DNA of 55,556 bases, taken from positions 1 to 55,556 of IMG/VR virus record IMGVR_UViG_3300020043_002100. One strand, given 5' to 3'. Both the position numbers and the translations under genes were made by a program. The notes under the pieces are model-generated. The model was not told where the DNA came from. It worked only from the letters and a program-made list of their open reading frames with translations, and did not search any database. Origin of the DNA: a virus (Duplodnaviria > Caudoviricetes). This document shows, one piece after another, positions 35,904 to 44,225 of this stretch (position 1 is its first letter; each line of letters opens with the position of its first letter).

Positions 35904-37844
35904 TCATGCGTAACATTTTACAGTAACAGTCCATCTTGATTCTGTGATGGTTTCAAGAGTATTTGCACCACCAACTAGTACCATGCCACTGTTTGCAGTT
36001 CTCATTGTAATGTTTGTAGCATCAAACTGAATTGCATGGCCATAAACACCTGACCCAGATGTAGAGACATTGCTTAAGCTAATATTATCACCTATTGCAT
36101 ACCCTACATCCGCAGTATTACATGTCATATACACACTTATAATGGAAGGCAAAGCTCCTAGTCCATGCGCCACTGTTGTAGCAGAATTAGCAGCAGGGCA
36201 GGTAAAGTTAATAGAAGTAGTTTGAAGGGCAACAACAGGGTTTCCAGCTACACCATCACCATTAGTAATGCTAATACCCGTTCCAGCTACTAGAGTGCGT
36301 CCAGTAAATGTGTCTGCTGCAGTCTGTGTAAGCAACCCGTTTGTGTTATACGCTGAAACCGCAGTAAGAGTAGCATCAAGAGGTTGTTTAGCATCAAGTG
36401 CAGTCTGCAAACCAGTGACATTAGCAATTGTGTGAGCGTGGCTATTATCTGCTACAGCTACAACGATATCAGCATTAGCAGAACCATCAAACGATACAGA
36501 ACCCGTAGCATCACCACTAAGTGACAGAGTACGTGCTGTAGCAAGCTTTGTAGCTGTACCAGCATTACCACTTACGTTGCCCGTAACATCACCAGTCAGG
36601 TTACCCGTGAAGCCGCCGCCAGCGTAGATACTTTGAGTACCAGCGGTCCAGCGATCATTGGTTTCATCCCACAGCCACGACACATTAGTAGAAGTACCAC
36701 GTTCAATCTCAATACCAGCATCCTGCGAAGGCGTACCAGTTTCGTCAGAGTTTAGAACGATAGTGTTGTCACCAATGTTAACTGTGTTGCTGTTGACAGT
36801 GGTAGTTGTACCGTTTACAGTCAAGTTACCGCCAACGATAAGATCAGTCGTAGTTTGTAGTGAACCCGGAAGCACAACTGCGCTGGGCAGGCTAAGCGTA
36901 GGAGTGGAACCTTCACCACCACTAGAAGTCACAGTGATTTGGTTAGTTGTACCCGCTACACCAGCAACATAGTCGCCAGTAGTATCTGTACCAAGTGCCA
37001 CAGAGTTAGCTTGAATAGCAGTAGTGATAGTAGCATTAGCAGAGCCATCGAAGCTCAAAGTACCAACAACGTCACCACTAAGAGCAATATCACGAGCAGT
37101 AGCAAGCTTAGTTGCAGTAGAAGCGTTACCAGTCAAAGCACCAGTTACGTTACCTGTTAGGTTGCCAGTGATGCCACCAGAAGCAGCGAGAGTAGTGAAG
37201 CTACCAGTTGAAGGAGTAGTAGCGCCAATAGAGGTGCCATTGATTGTTCCACCAGTAAAAGTTACAGAGCTAGAAGTGAGTGCTGCCGAAACTGAGGTAG
37301 CAGCAACAGTAGTGAAGGTAGCTGCAGCAGGAGTTGTGGCACCGATCACAGTAGCGTCAACTGCACCACCATTAATGTCAACAGTAGTGAAGGTAGAAGT
37401 ACCTGTGGAAGTGATGTTTCCACTCACATTACCTGTGACACCACCAGAAGCTGCAACAGTAGTAAAACTACCAGCAGCAGGAGTAGTTGCGCCCACAACA
37501 GTAGCATCAATAGTACCTCCGTTAATGTCAGCAGTGTCTGCTACAAGGGAGTCAATGTTAGCAGTACCGTCGATCCACAAATCCTTAAACTCAGAAGAAG
37601 TGCTCCCCAAGTCTACTGTGTTATCAGTTTTAGGAAGAATAGTTGTAGCACTAACAACAACATCTTGAGTCGGACCTACTTTTGTAATAGGTGCACCATT
37701 AGCAGCACTACCATCGTGGACGTGTCCTGTGCTAGCATTGAATGCTGCTTGAATAGCGTTAAATTCTGCATCAAGATCGTCTGCACTTGCAGCTTTACCG
37801 TTTGCAATGTTATCTGCTGTATCAGCGCGAGTGTAACCTGTCAT
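35904..37844 (-). CDS. Tail fibre protein
   Basis: Podovirus anchor MTGYTR...DAEFNAI..AF; Thr/Gly repeats (DINGG.IDAT.IGATTPAA-like x3; TATKLATAR...SFDGSAN x2). Confidence 0.85.
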   Translation of the reverse strand: MTGYTRADTADNIANGKAASADDLDAEFNAIQAAFNASTGHVHDGSAANGAPITKVGPTQDVVVSATTILPKTDNTVDLGSTSSEFKDLWIDGTANIDSLVADTADINGGTIDATVVGATTPAAGSFTTVAASGGVTGNVSGNITSTGTSTFTTVDINGGAVDATVIGATTPAAATFTTVAATSVSAALTSSSVTFTGGTINGTSIGATTPSTGSFTTLAASGGITGNLTGNVTGALTGNASTATKLATARDIALSGDVVGTLSFDGSANATITTAIQANSVALGTDTTGDYVAGVAGTTNQITVTSSGGEGSTPTLSLPSAVVLPGSLQTTTDLIVGGNLTVNGTTTTVNSNTVNIGDNTIVLNSDETGTPSQDAGIEIERGTSTNVSWLWDETNDRWTAGTQSIYAGGGFTGNLTGDVTGNVSGNAGTATKLATARTLSLSGDATGSVSFDGSANADIVVAVADNSHAHTIANVTGLQTALDAKQPLDATLTAVSAYNTNGLLTQTAADTFTGRTLVAGTGISITNGDGVAGNPVVALQTTSINFTCPAANSATTVAHGLGALPSIISVYMTCNTADVGYAIGDNISLSNVSTSGSGVYGHAIQFDATNITMRTANSGMVLVGGANTLETITESRWTVTVKCYA

Positions 37845-37853
37845 TGTTGTACC

Positions 37854-39392
37854 TTATTGTCTATCTAGTGGCATGAACTCAATGATGGCGGCATCAAGAG
37901 TATGTGAAGGATTTGTAGTTTTATCGTCAAAGCGAATGGCAAAAGTTTTACCTGATCCAATTAGGTGATTTGAGTAAACACGATCTAGTTCTCCACCATA
38001 GTTAAAGCTTCCCCATACTAGTCCCGGAGTTCCGTAGATAGGTACGCCTCCACCTGTACTAACAATACTAAACACAGGAGGTTGAATTACAGGGGTGTTG
38101 TTGATTCTGTTGAAGTCGTACTTGATGCCACACTGAATGTTGAAGTTTCCAGTTGGTGTCACATACAGAGTCATACGGTAAAGCGTCTTGCGTAGCTGAG
38201 GATCAGTGATGGGCATGTAAGGTGATTCATACACGGATTCGATATTAGCTCCATCAAAGCTGCTGCCGTTATCCATTGTGTAAATGTAGCCATCATCGTT
38301 ACCGAAGTACACAGATTCACCAGATTCGCTATATTTACTATCCACTGAATATACTTTGATTCCACGAAGAGTAGCCCACTCAATGCGAGACGAGCCTTGG
38401 TCACTAAACTTTGTAGCTAGCAAGCCACGATGGTTAGATGCAGCATCAGAGCTAATATATGCAAACAGTCGATATTGTGCTTTACCACGAATAACCATGC
38501 TGCTGTATGTTGTGCTAGAATCTGTCACTATTCGTGCATCTTTTTCAATGGGAGCAGACGCAATCTCAAGTGCAAAGTCGTCGTTGCGATCAGTGGCACT
38601 CAGAAGTCGAAGTCCATCAGGTGCAAGATACATAATGTCGCCACCAATTTCTTGGATAGTGTCGCCACTTACACAACCAATGTCTTCTGTGATTGGCTGC
38701 AAGTTGAAGTCTGCAATAGTATTGCCTACAAGCTGCAGTACTTTGTTACGCGCAAACACAACAAGAATGTCACGAAATACAGCAAGACCTGTAATTGTGT
38801 GGCCAATGTCTACTACACCAGCCCCAGCAGCAGCAGTGAAATCCGCTTCATTGTAAGGAGCACTAAACGATAGCATTGTACCTTTAGCGTAGAAGATGTG
38901 ATTCTTGAATGCTTTGATGTACTTTGCGCCATGCACTTCTGCAGGAGCACCAGTCAGAAAGCTTAGTGTGTTTGTTGTATCATTGTACACAGCAGGGTAG
39001 TTAACACCATCAACAAAAGCTACCTTGTGAATGTTACCAAAGTTAAACTCCTCGCTACTAATTCTGCCACCTAGATCAGCAGCAGCACCAAGAGAAGTCC
39101 AAGTTGTACCTGTTCCGATGTAGTACTCTGTGTCTGTTCCGTTGCTACGTGCTGTAATGATTTCACCAGCATTAAGTAGCTTAACACCAAGAATAGCCCC
39201 AGAGCCTGTTACAGCAGTGGAGCTAAACTTAGTGTAACCAAGGATTTTGCGATAGCCACCTTCACGAGCAGGTTCATAGTTCTGCAGAATTGTAGCAGAG
39301 CCTACTTTGTTGATACCTTGCTGCAGAGGACTGAGGTTACTAACCAAGCCACCACGAAACTCAATAGGAAAAGTCTGCCACGTTGTAGGCAT
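37854..39392 (-). CDS. Tail nozzle/tubular protein B-like
   Basis: 512 aa, beta-rich; position after adaptor. Confidence 0.7.
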   Translation of the reverse strand: MPTTWQTFPIEFRGGLVSNLSPLQQGINKVGSATILQNYEPAREGGYRKILGYTKFSSTAVTGSGAILGVKLLNAGEIITARSNGTDTEYYIGTGTTWTSLGAAADLGGRISSEEFNFGNIHKVAFVDGVNYPAVYNDTTNTLSFLTGAPAEVHGAKYIKAFKNHIFYAKGTMLSFSAPYNEADFTAAAGAGVVDIGHTITGLAVFRDILVVFARNKVLQLVGNTIADFNLQPITEDIGCVSGDTIQEIGGDIMYLAPDGLRLLSATDRNDDFALEIASAPIEKDARIVTDSSTTYSSMVIRGKAQYRLFAYISSDAASNHRGLLATKFSDQGSSRIEWATLRGIKVYSVDSKYSESGESVYFGNDDGYIYTMDNGSSFDGANIESVYESPYMPITDPQLRKTLYRMTLYVTPTGNFNIQCGIKYDFNRINNTPVIQPPVFSIVSTGGGVPIYGTPGLVWGSFNYGGELDRVYSNHLIGSGKTFAIRFDDKTTNPSHTLDAAIIEFMPLDRQ

Positions 39393-40117
39393 TAGCTCAC
39401 TCTCAAATAATTGCCATAGTTTCCACGGCGTTCAATCGCTGTTGTACGTACATAGTCAGTGCGGTTGATGTAGATTGTACGCATCTGCTCAATGCCTTTC
39501 TTAAACTTGTCAAGCGTAAGAGTTGCATCTTGTGTGTTACCACGGAATAGGTATGCGTAGTACATTGCTCCATCTGTAATTACAGAGCGAAATTGTTCAG
39601 GGATTGTAGGAACATCTGTAGCTGCATCAAGGTCCACAGGAAGCGAGTAGTACTCATATACAACTGTGTAGGCTTTATCTGGTGCAGGAACAAGCCCATA
39701 CTTAAGGTCAGGTGTACGAAACACACAACGAGGTAGCCCAATGTTTGAGCTTACAGAGTTATACTCCTGATCAATGTATTTGTCAAGATATTCTTCATAC
39801 GAAAGAATGGAAAGACGAGAAGTTTCGCTATTTAGTGCCGTACTAGCCTTGATACGAAAGGTGTCCATATCTACAGTTTTAGTTGTAGCAGGAAAGGCAT
39901 AGCGAGTAGTAGACGCTGTAAGTGTTTCTTCTAGTGTGTGGTGATTAAACGGCCACTCAAACTGTTCAAAGTTAATCTGACGAATAGCACTGTTAACAGC
40001 TTCTTTGGCTGTAGTGTAGAAACCCGTAGCTGTAGCAAAGTTAGCAGACGACAGTGGCACCTCATTTAGACGTGCATTAACATCATTAACTAGGCCAAGA
40101 AAATCGTAGCTGCTCAT
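39392..40117 (-). CDS. Head-tail adaptor/tubular protein A-like
   Basis: 241 aa; LVNDV..RLNE, WPF, P.PD..Y, D.PTIPEQF. Confidence 0.72.
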   Translation of the reverse strand: MSSYDFLGLVNDVNARLNEVPLSSANFATATGFYTTAKEAVNSAIRQINFEQFEWPFNHHTLEETLTASTTRYAFPATTKTVDMDTFRIKASTALNSETSRLSILSYEEYLDKYIDQEYNSVSSNIGLPRCVFRTPDLKYGLVPAPDKAYTVVYEYYSLPVDLDAATDVPTIPEQFRSVITDGAMYYAYLFRGNTQDATLTLDKFKKGIEQMRTIYINRTDYVRTTAIERRGNYGNYLRVS

Positions 40118-40140
40118 GTAAGCTGATCCTTAAAGTGAGA

Positions 40141-40172
40141 AGGGGGCCGCTATTGTGTAATAGCAACCCCCT
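40141..40172 (-). terminator. Putative intrinsic terminator
   Basis: AGGGGTTGCTATT-ACAC-AATAGCGGCCCCCT followed by TCTCACTTT on minus strand. Confidence 0.55.
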
Positions 40173-40188
40173 AAAATAGTAGTGTTAA

Positions 40189-40596
40189 TTAGGCCAGTTG
40201 ATCGCGGTCAACGGAAGCAGCTTGACCAACGGAACCGTTAACGTCAACGATAACAGCCCACACACGACCTGCAATAGTACCCGGAGAACCCGAAATAGTA
40301 GTCACAACGTCAATAGTGTCAGCAGCAGCAACAAAGCCCGGAGTCACACCAGCTTTAACAGTACCAGCAGCGGTGTTGTCAAAGTTCAAGTCATTAGCGA
40401 AGACTGTCGTACCGTCAGTAACGTCCAGCGTGTAAGTAGTAACGTCCGCCACAGCAGTGAAGTTTTCAAAGCCAGCAGCCAGAACAATAGTGCCAGCTGG
40501 AACCGAAACGCCAACAGTCGTACCCGAAGTAGCAGCCAGCGTGACGTACTTTTCAACGACCACTGCGCTATTGCGAAGGGATTGGGAGATAGACAT
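40189..40596 (-). CDS. Probable capsid decoration/minor structural protein
   Basis: 135 aa, beta-rich, directly after MCP with similar codon bias. Confidence 0.6.
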   Translation of the reverse strand: MSISQSLRNSAVVVEKYVTLAATSGTTVGVSVPAGTIVLAAGFENFTAVADVTTYTLDVTDGTTVFANDLNFDNTAAGTVKAGVTPGFVAAADTIDVVTTISGSPGTIAGRVWAVIVDVNGSVGQAASVDRDQLA

Positions 40597-40622
40597 TTAA
40601 TTTTCCTTTATGTCATTGAGAA

Positions 40623-40649
40623 AGTGAGGCCACTAAAAGTAGCCCCACT
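40623..40649 (-). terminator. Putative terminator after major capsid gene
   Basis: AGTGGGGCTAC-TTTTA-GTGGCCTCACT followed by TTCTC on minus strand. Confidence 0.55.
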
Positions 40650-40661
40650 AAAGTACGCTTA

Positions 40662-42934
40662 TCAGGCGAGGTTGTACTTACCAGTTACGATAGCTTCACC
40701 ACGGAGGATTTTGCGCCCGTAGAGGTGCATACCACGAACAATGTCAGCAAACGAGTCAGGATCACGATACTTTTCAGTTTTGTTGATCTGTTCTGCAGTT
40801 GCAACAGCCGAGTCGTGACCTGCAACGATAACACCGTAGTTGGTGTTCTGGTTAGCAACGCCAGTCGTACCCGGACCAGTACCAGCTTTCGGCAGGTTGT
40901 TCGAAATGTAAACACGGAAGCCGTGGAAGTTGTTCAGAACCAGACCATTACGAAGAGCACCCGAATCACCGTAGTCAGCATTCAGGAAACGCGAATCTTC
41001 ATCACGCAGCACTTCCATCATAACGGGGTCAATAACCAGCCAACGGCCAGCAGTATCCACGTTCTGTTGGTCCAGAAGACGAGCCATACGCGAAACCAGC
41101 ATAGCAGGCGACACATATTCGGTAGGCAGTGCAGTAGCGCCCGGAAGACGAGCAGCAACCGGAATGGAGTGATCACCCGCCGAAGCAGTAGTGATGTTGC
41201 CAAACGAACCCTTTTTCAGCTTCATCGAAGCCAGCAGTTCATCCGTACCAGCACCCGTAGTAGCCACAGTGCCGTTAGTGATATCGTTTACAGTGTCAGC
41301 ATTGACGTGCAGTGCCGATTGCTTGTAGCCCGACAGGTAGCCGAGAACTTCTTGGTCATACTGGTCAGCCAGACGATAAGCAGCGCGATTAGTAGCGAGG
41401 TCCATGAAGTTTACATGCGAGTGTGCTTCTTCAATGTCGTCAACTTTACCTTATCTTCAATGTAGTGCGTTACTTCTACATCCGTTCCTTTAAGAACTGC
41501 TGCAACTTTCATTGCAGAGGAGACTATATCATCACCCTATTGCTAGGGGTTGGGCGCTTCCGCTCACTTGAGCGTATGGACTTCATCTTCTGTTCTAGAA
41601 GGTGTGTCCTAGTCGTTGAACCTTCAAAAGCATTCCTGCTTAAGCTTGGCTGCTGATTATCCTCGACTTTACGTTAGGACTTCCCAGCAATTCACCCAAT
41701 TCTTTAGGTGGGATCACTCCCAAATGCGTCTAGAATTAGTTAAACGCGAAGTAGTTTGACTTATCAATGACCAGCGAGAAGTCTTCATCGTTCAGGTCTT
41801 GGGCTTGAATTTGCGTCCCACGTGCGTACGAGGACACCGAAATTTCCAGATGTTAACGCTTGGGAGTTTAACCCTTGCTTCTATAGGTTTGTTTCCCTAT
41901 AGGTCAGACTATATCTTCACCCATATCTAGGGTGTCCTGCGCTCGTGGAGTACAAATACCTACATGTTCAATCTTGTAGTGCATACAAGGAACAATGTAA
42001 GGAGAAACAACTGACACAAAGACTTTAGAGTCTGCTGTGTTGAAGCGTAGAGAATACTTGTCGCTGCGTTTGTCTACGTCAAATTTAGCATCAATGCCAT
42101 ACTTGCTCATAAACCAATTCTTAAGTATTTCAGCTTCTTCTTTTGAACAATATGTTGCTATACGAGTCATACACCCCGTTGGTTTTCCAGTAAGCCTACT
42201 CTTGCATACTGTGCCACTTCCGTCATCCATGTACCACAAAGCTAGACTATGATCAGTAAGATAACTGAGTAGCTTCTCTGTGTAAACTTTCTTTCCTTCT
42301 GGGTACAGCACTCTGTGCATTTGCCGGAAGTAAGCGTAATTTTTGTACATCTGATGATTTGTGTACGTTTTACCTGTCGTCTTATTGGTGCTCTGGTACG
42401 TATACACGCTAGGCTCTTTTCCACCTATTGTGCTGTGTAACAGCTTAGCTTTATGCTTGAGATAGTCAAGTTGCGCTGGGCCGTGTCCGATAACCATACG
42501 AGCAGTGGTTTTAGCTTGCGTCTTTTGAAGATAGATGCCGCCATCACCGATAGCAAGGCCATACAAGAGGCCTCTTTTAGTCTTGTCCAAGTTGTTTCCT
42601 TTCGTTAGCTACTAGAGCCACTACTTCTAAGTATTTATATTCTAGTCGTTGAACCTTCCACTTTCGTGGCTTGGCTGCTGATTCCCATCTCAGGGTTCCA
42701 GCAATTCACAGGAAGTTTATTCGTAGCTTACGCTGCGAAGGCCCAAAATTTAGGCTCTTTGATGATACGAACAGTGTCGCCTTGCGAAGAGATTTCACCA
42801 AAGTAATCACTGTTGGTGATAGCTTGTGCAACCGTCTTTTTGCGGAATGCAAGTTGAACTTTTTTCGAGTAAATTACCGAGCTAAAGTTACCATTAGCCA
42901 GATTGCCCCAACCGGGTGCAGCTTGAAATGCCAT
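40662..42934 (-). CDS. Major capsid protein, three exons (42934-42752, 41846-41743, 41448-40662), 357 aa
   Basis: Spliced junctions read GDTVRIIKEP|EISVSSYARG and SNYFAF|KVDDIEEAHS; exons total 1074 nt in frame; C-terminal DSFADIVRGMHLYGRKILR. Confidence 0.92.
41449..41742 (-). ncRNA. Group I intron 2 of capsid gene (294 nt, no ORF)
   Basis: P1 GCGUU|UA with UAGACGC (U-G at the splice site); P3 UUGGGU/GCCCAA; P7 GACUA/UAGUC; terminal G at 41449. Confidence 0.9.
41847..42751 (-). ncRNA. Group I intron 1 of capsid gene (905 nt) carrying a homing endonuclease ORF
   Basis: 5' site after CCU pairing with GGGC; P3 UCCUGU/GCAGGA; P4-P5 UUGCUG...CAGCAG; P7 GACUA/UAGUC; terminal G at 41847. Confidence 0.9.
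41904..42590 (-). CDS. Intron-encoded double-motif LAGLIDADG homing endonuclease
   Basis: LLYGLAIGDGGI and LALWYMDDGSG motifs (I-SceI-like family); TTG start after AAAGGA; stop overlaps P7'. Confidence 0.88.
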   Translation of the reverse strand: MDKTKRGLLYGLAIGDGGIYLQKTQAKTTARMVIGHGPAQLDYLKHKAKLLHSTIGGKEPSVYTYQSTNKTTGKTYTNHQMYKNYAYFRQMHRVLYPEGKKVYTEKLLSYLTDHSLALWYMDDGSGTVCKSRLTGKPTGCMTRIATYCSKEEAEILKNWFMSKYGIDAKFDVDKRSDKYSLRFNTADSKVFVSVVSPYIVPCMHYKIEHVGICTPRAQDTLDMGEDIV

Positions 42935-43175
42935 TGTAGTTTCTCCTATAGATGGCTATATTTGTCATGTTGCCACGGTGCTCTCATAGCACTCTTTGTA
43001 GCAATGAACGAATATCACATCAGTTAAGAGGCCATTACGTTATGGGTGTCGCCTAGAGGATCAGTCTATTTGAGGCCAACGGTATTGGGTAGTCTCACAT
43101 ACGTTATTCGTTGAAAAGTGGTAACTACTGAGGTTGGCTTTCGCGGCTCAATAGTTACTTGTTGTTGTGCGTGTA

Positions 43176-43203
43176 GTTATACTTATCTAAATCTTAATGT
43201 CAA
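43176..43203 (-). promoter_or_regulatory. Sigma70-type promoter upstream of capsid gene
   Basis: TTGACA-16-TATAAC(TAC) on minus strand. Confidence 0.7.
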
Positions 43204-43229
43204 GCATTATTTTAGCTTAAGTATAATTT

Positions 43230-44123
43230 TTATCGTGCTCCACCAGAAAGATCATACACAAAGTTACCTGTGCGGATAGCTTCCATGATTTCATCTGCTT
43301 TAGCTTCGTACTGTTTCATCGACATTTTGTTAACATCGCTTTCACGAATCTTAGGACCATTACCTTCAACATCAACATCGACACGACCACGCTTAGGCAT
43401 AATTGCAGTAGCAGCATCTTTAGCTTTCTGCTTCATGCCTTTGGAGTCGAGGCCATTCTTAAGTTTATACAAGTCAAGAACTTCAATAACAGCTTGTGCA
43501 TCATCTTCATTCTCGTAAATTGCAGCTTGTGTTCGTTTCGACTGTTTAGCTACCCACTCATGGAACTCGTCTGTTTCACGAATCTCTTCAAAGTCTGCAT
43601 GTTCTTTGCGAATAGCAGCTTCAACTTTCTTACGTTCAACTTCTGCAGTCATTTCATCAATGCGACTAAGCCGCTCTTCTGCACCAGCAAAACGCTCCGT
43701 AGCTTTCTTGTCAGCAATAGCTTCAACAATAGCAGCAACGTCAGGGTACTTCTGCATCCAAGCTAGAACATCTTCTTCACTCTTAGGCGGAACCAGAGAA
43801 GTGTTGCTGTTCTCACTTTGTGCCTCAAGCTGCTTGATCTTTTCAGTCAAGGTGTTAAGATGAACACGAAGATCACCATACCGCTTTTTGTAGGTCTTTT
43901 CTTCTGCAGTTAGAGTTTCCTCTTTTTCCTCTACAGGAGCTTCAACAACCTTTTGTGGTGAGATATCTTCTTCTTGCTTTTCTTCATCTTCACCACGCAT
44001 CTGTGCTTCAAGTTGACGCAGTTCTTCTTCGTCGCGTTCAATTCGTTTACTAAGAGAAGTTGCTGATCCTGTGTTAACGTAACCAGCAGTCTTAGTTTGT
44101 TCAATAGTGCCGATAGCGGCCAT
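43230..44123 (-). CDS. Capsid scaffolding protein
   Basis: Acidic coiled coil, KKRYGDLR, F.EWV; position upstream of MCP; start ATG 44123 after GGAG. Confidence 0.75.
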   Translation of the reverse strand: MAAIGTIEQTKTAGYVNTGSATSLSKRIERDEEELRQLEAQMRGEDEEKQEEDISPQKVVEAPVEEKEETLTAEEKTYKKRYGDLRVHLNTLTEKIKQLEAQSENSNTSLVPPKSEEDVLAWMQKYPDVAAIVEAIADKKATERFAGAEERLSRIDEMTAEVERKKVEAAIRKEHADFEEIRETDEFHEWVAKQSKRTQAAIYENEDDAQAVIEVLDLYKLKNGLDSKGMKQKAKDAATAIMPKRGRVDVDVEGNGPKIRESDVNKMSMKQYEAKADEIMEAIRTGNFVYDLSGGAR

Positions 44124-44195
44124 GTAAGTCTCCATTGTGGGGCTTCTAAGCACTTAGCGTCATTGCTTGTTGTGCTTAGAAGGTCGCCATGTTAG

Positions 44196-44213
44196 TGTGA
44201 CATAAGTATCACA
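44196..44213. promoter_or_regulatory. Second operator-like palindrome
   Basis: TGTGACATAAGTATCACA between the 1029-aa gene and scaffold. Confidence 0.5.
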
Positions 44214-44225
44214 GATAGTCAAGTA

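Noticed and set aside
35904-37844. Tail-fibre repeats as a diversity-generating retroelement target
   Set aside because: No reverse transcriptase and no TR/VR pair seen; these are ordinary fibre repeats.
40662-41405. 247-aa ORF taken as the complete capsid protein
   Set aside because: It is only part of exon 3; upstream exons supply the conserved N-terminus.
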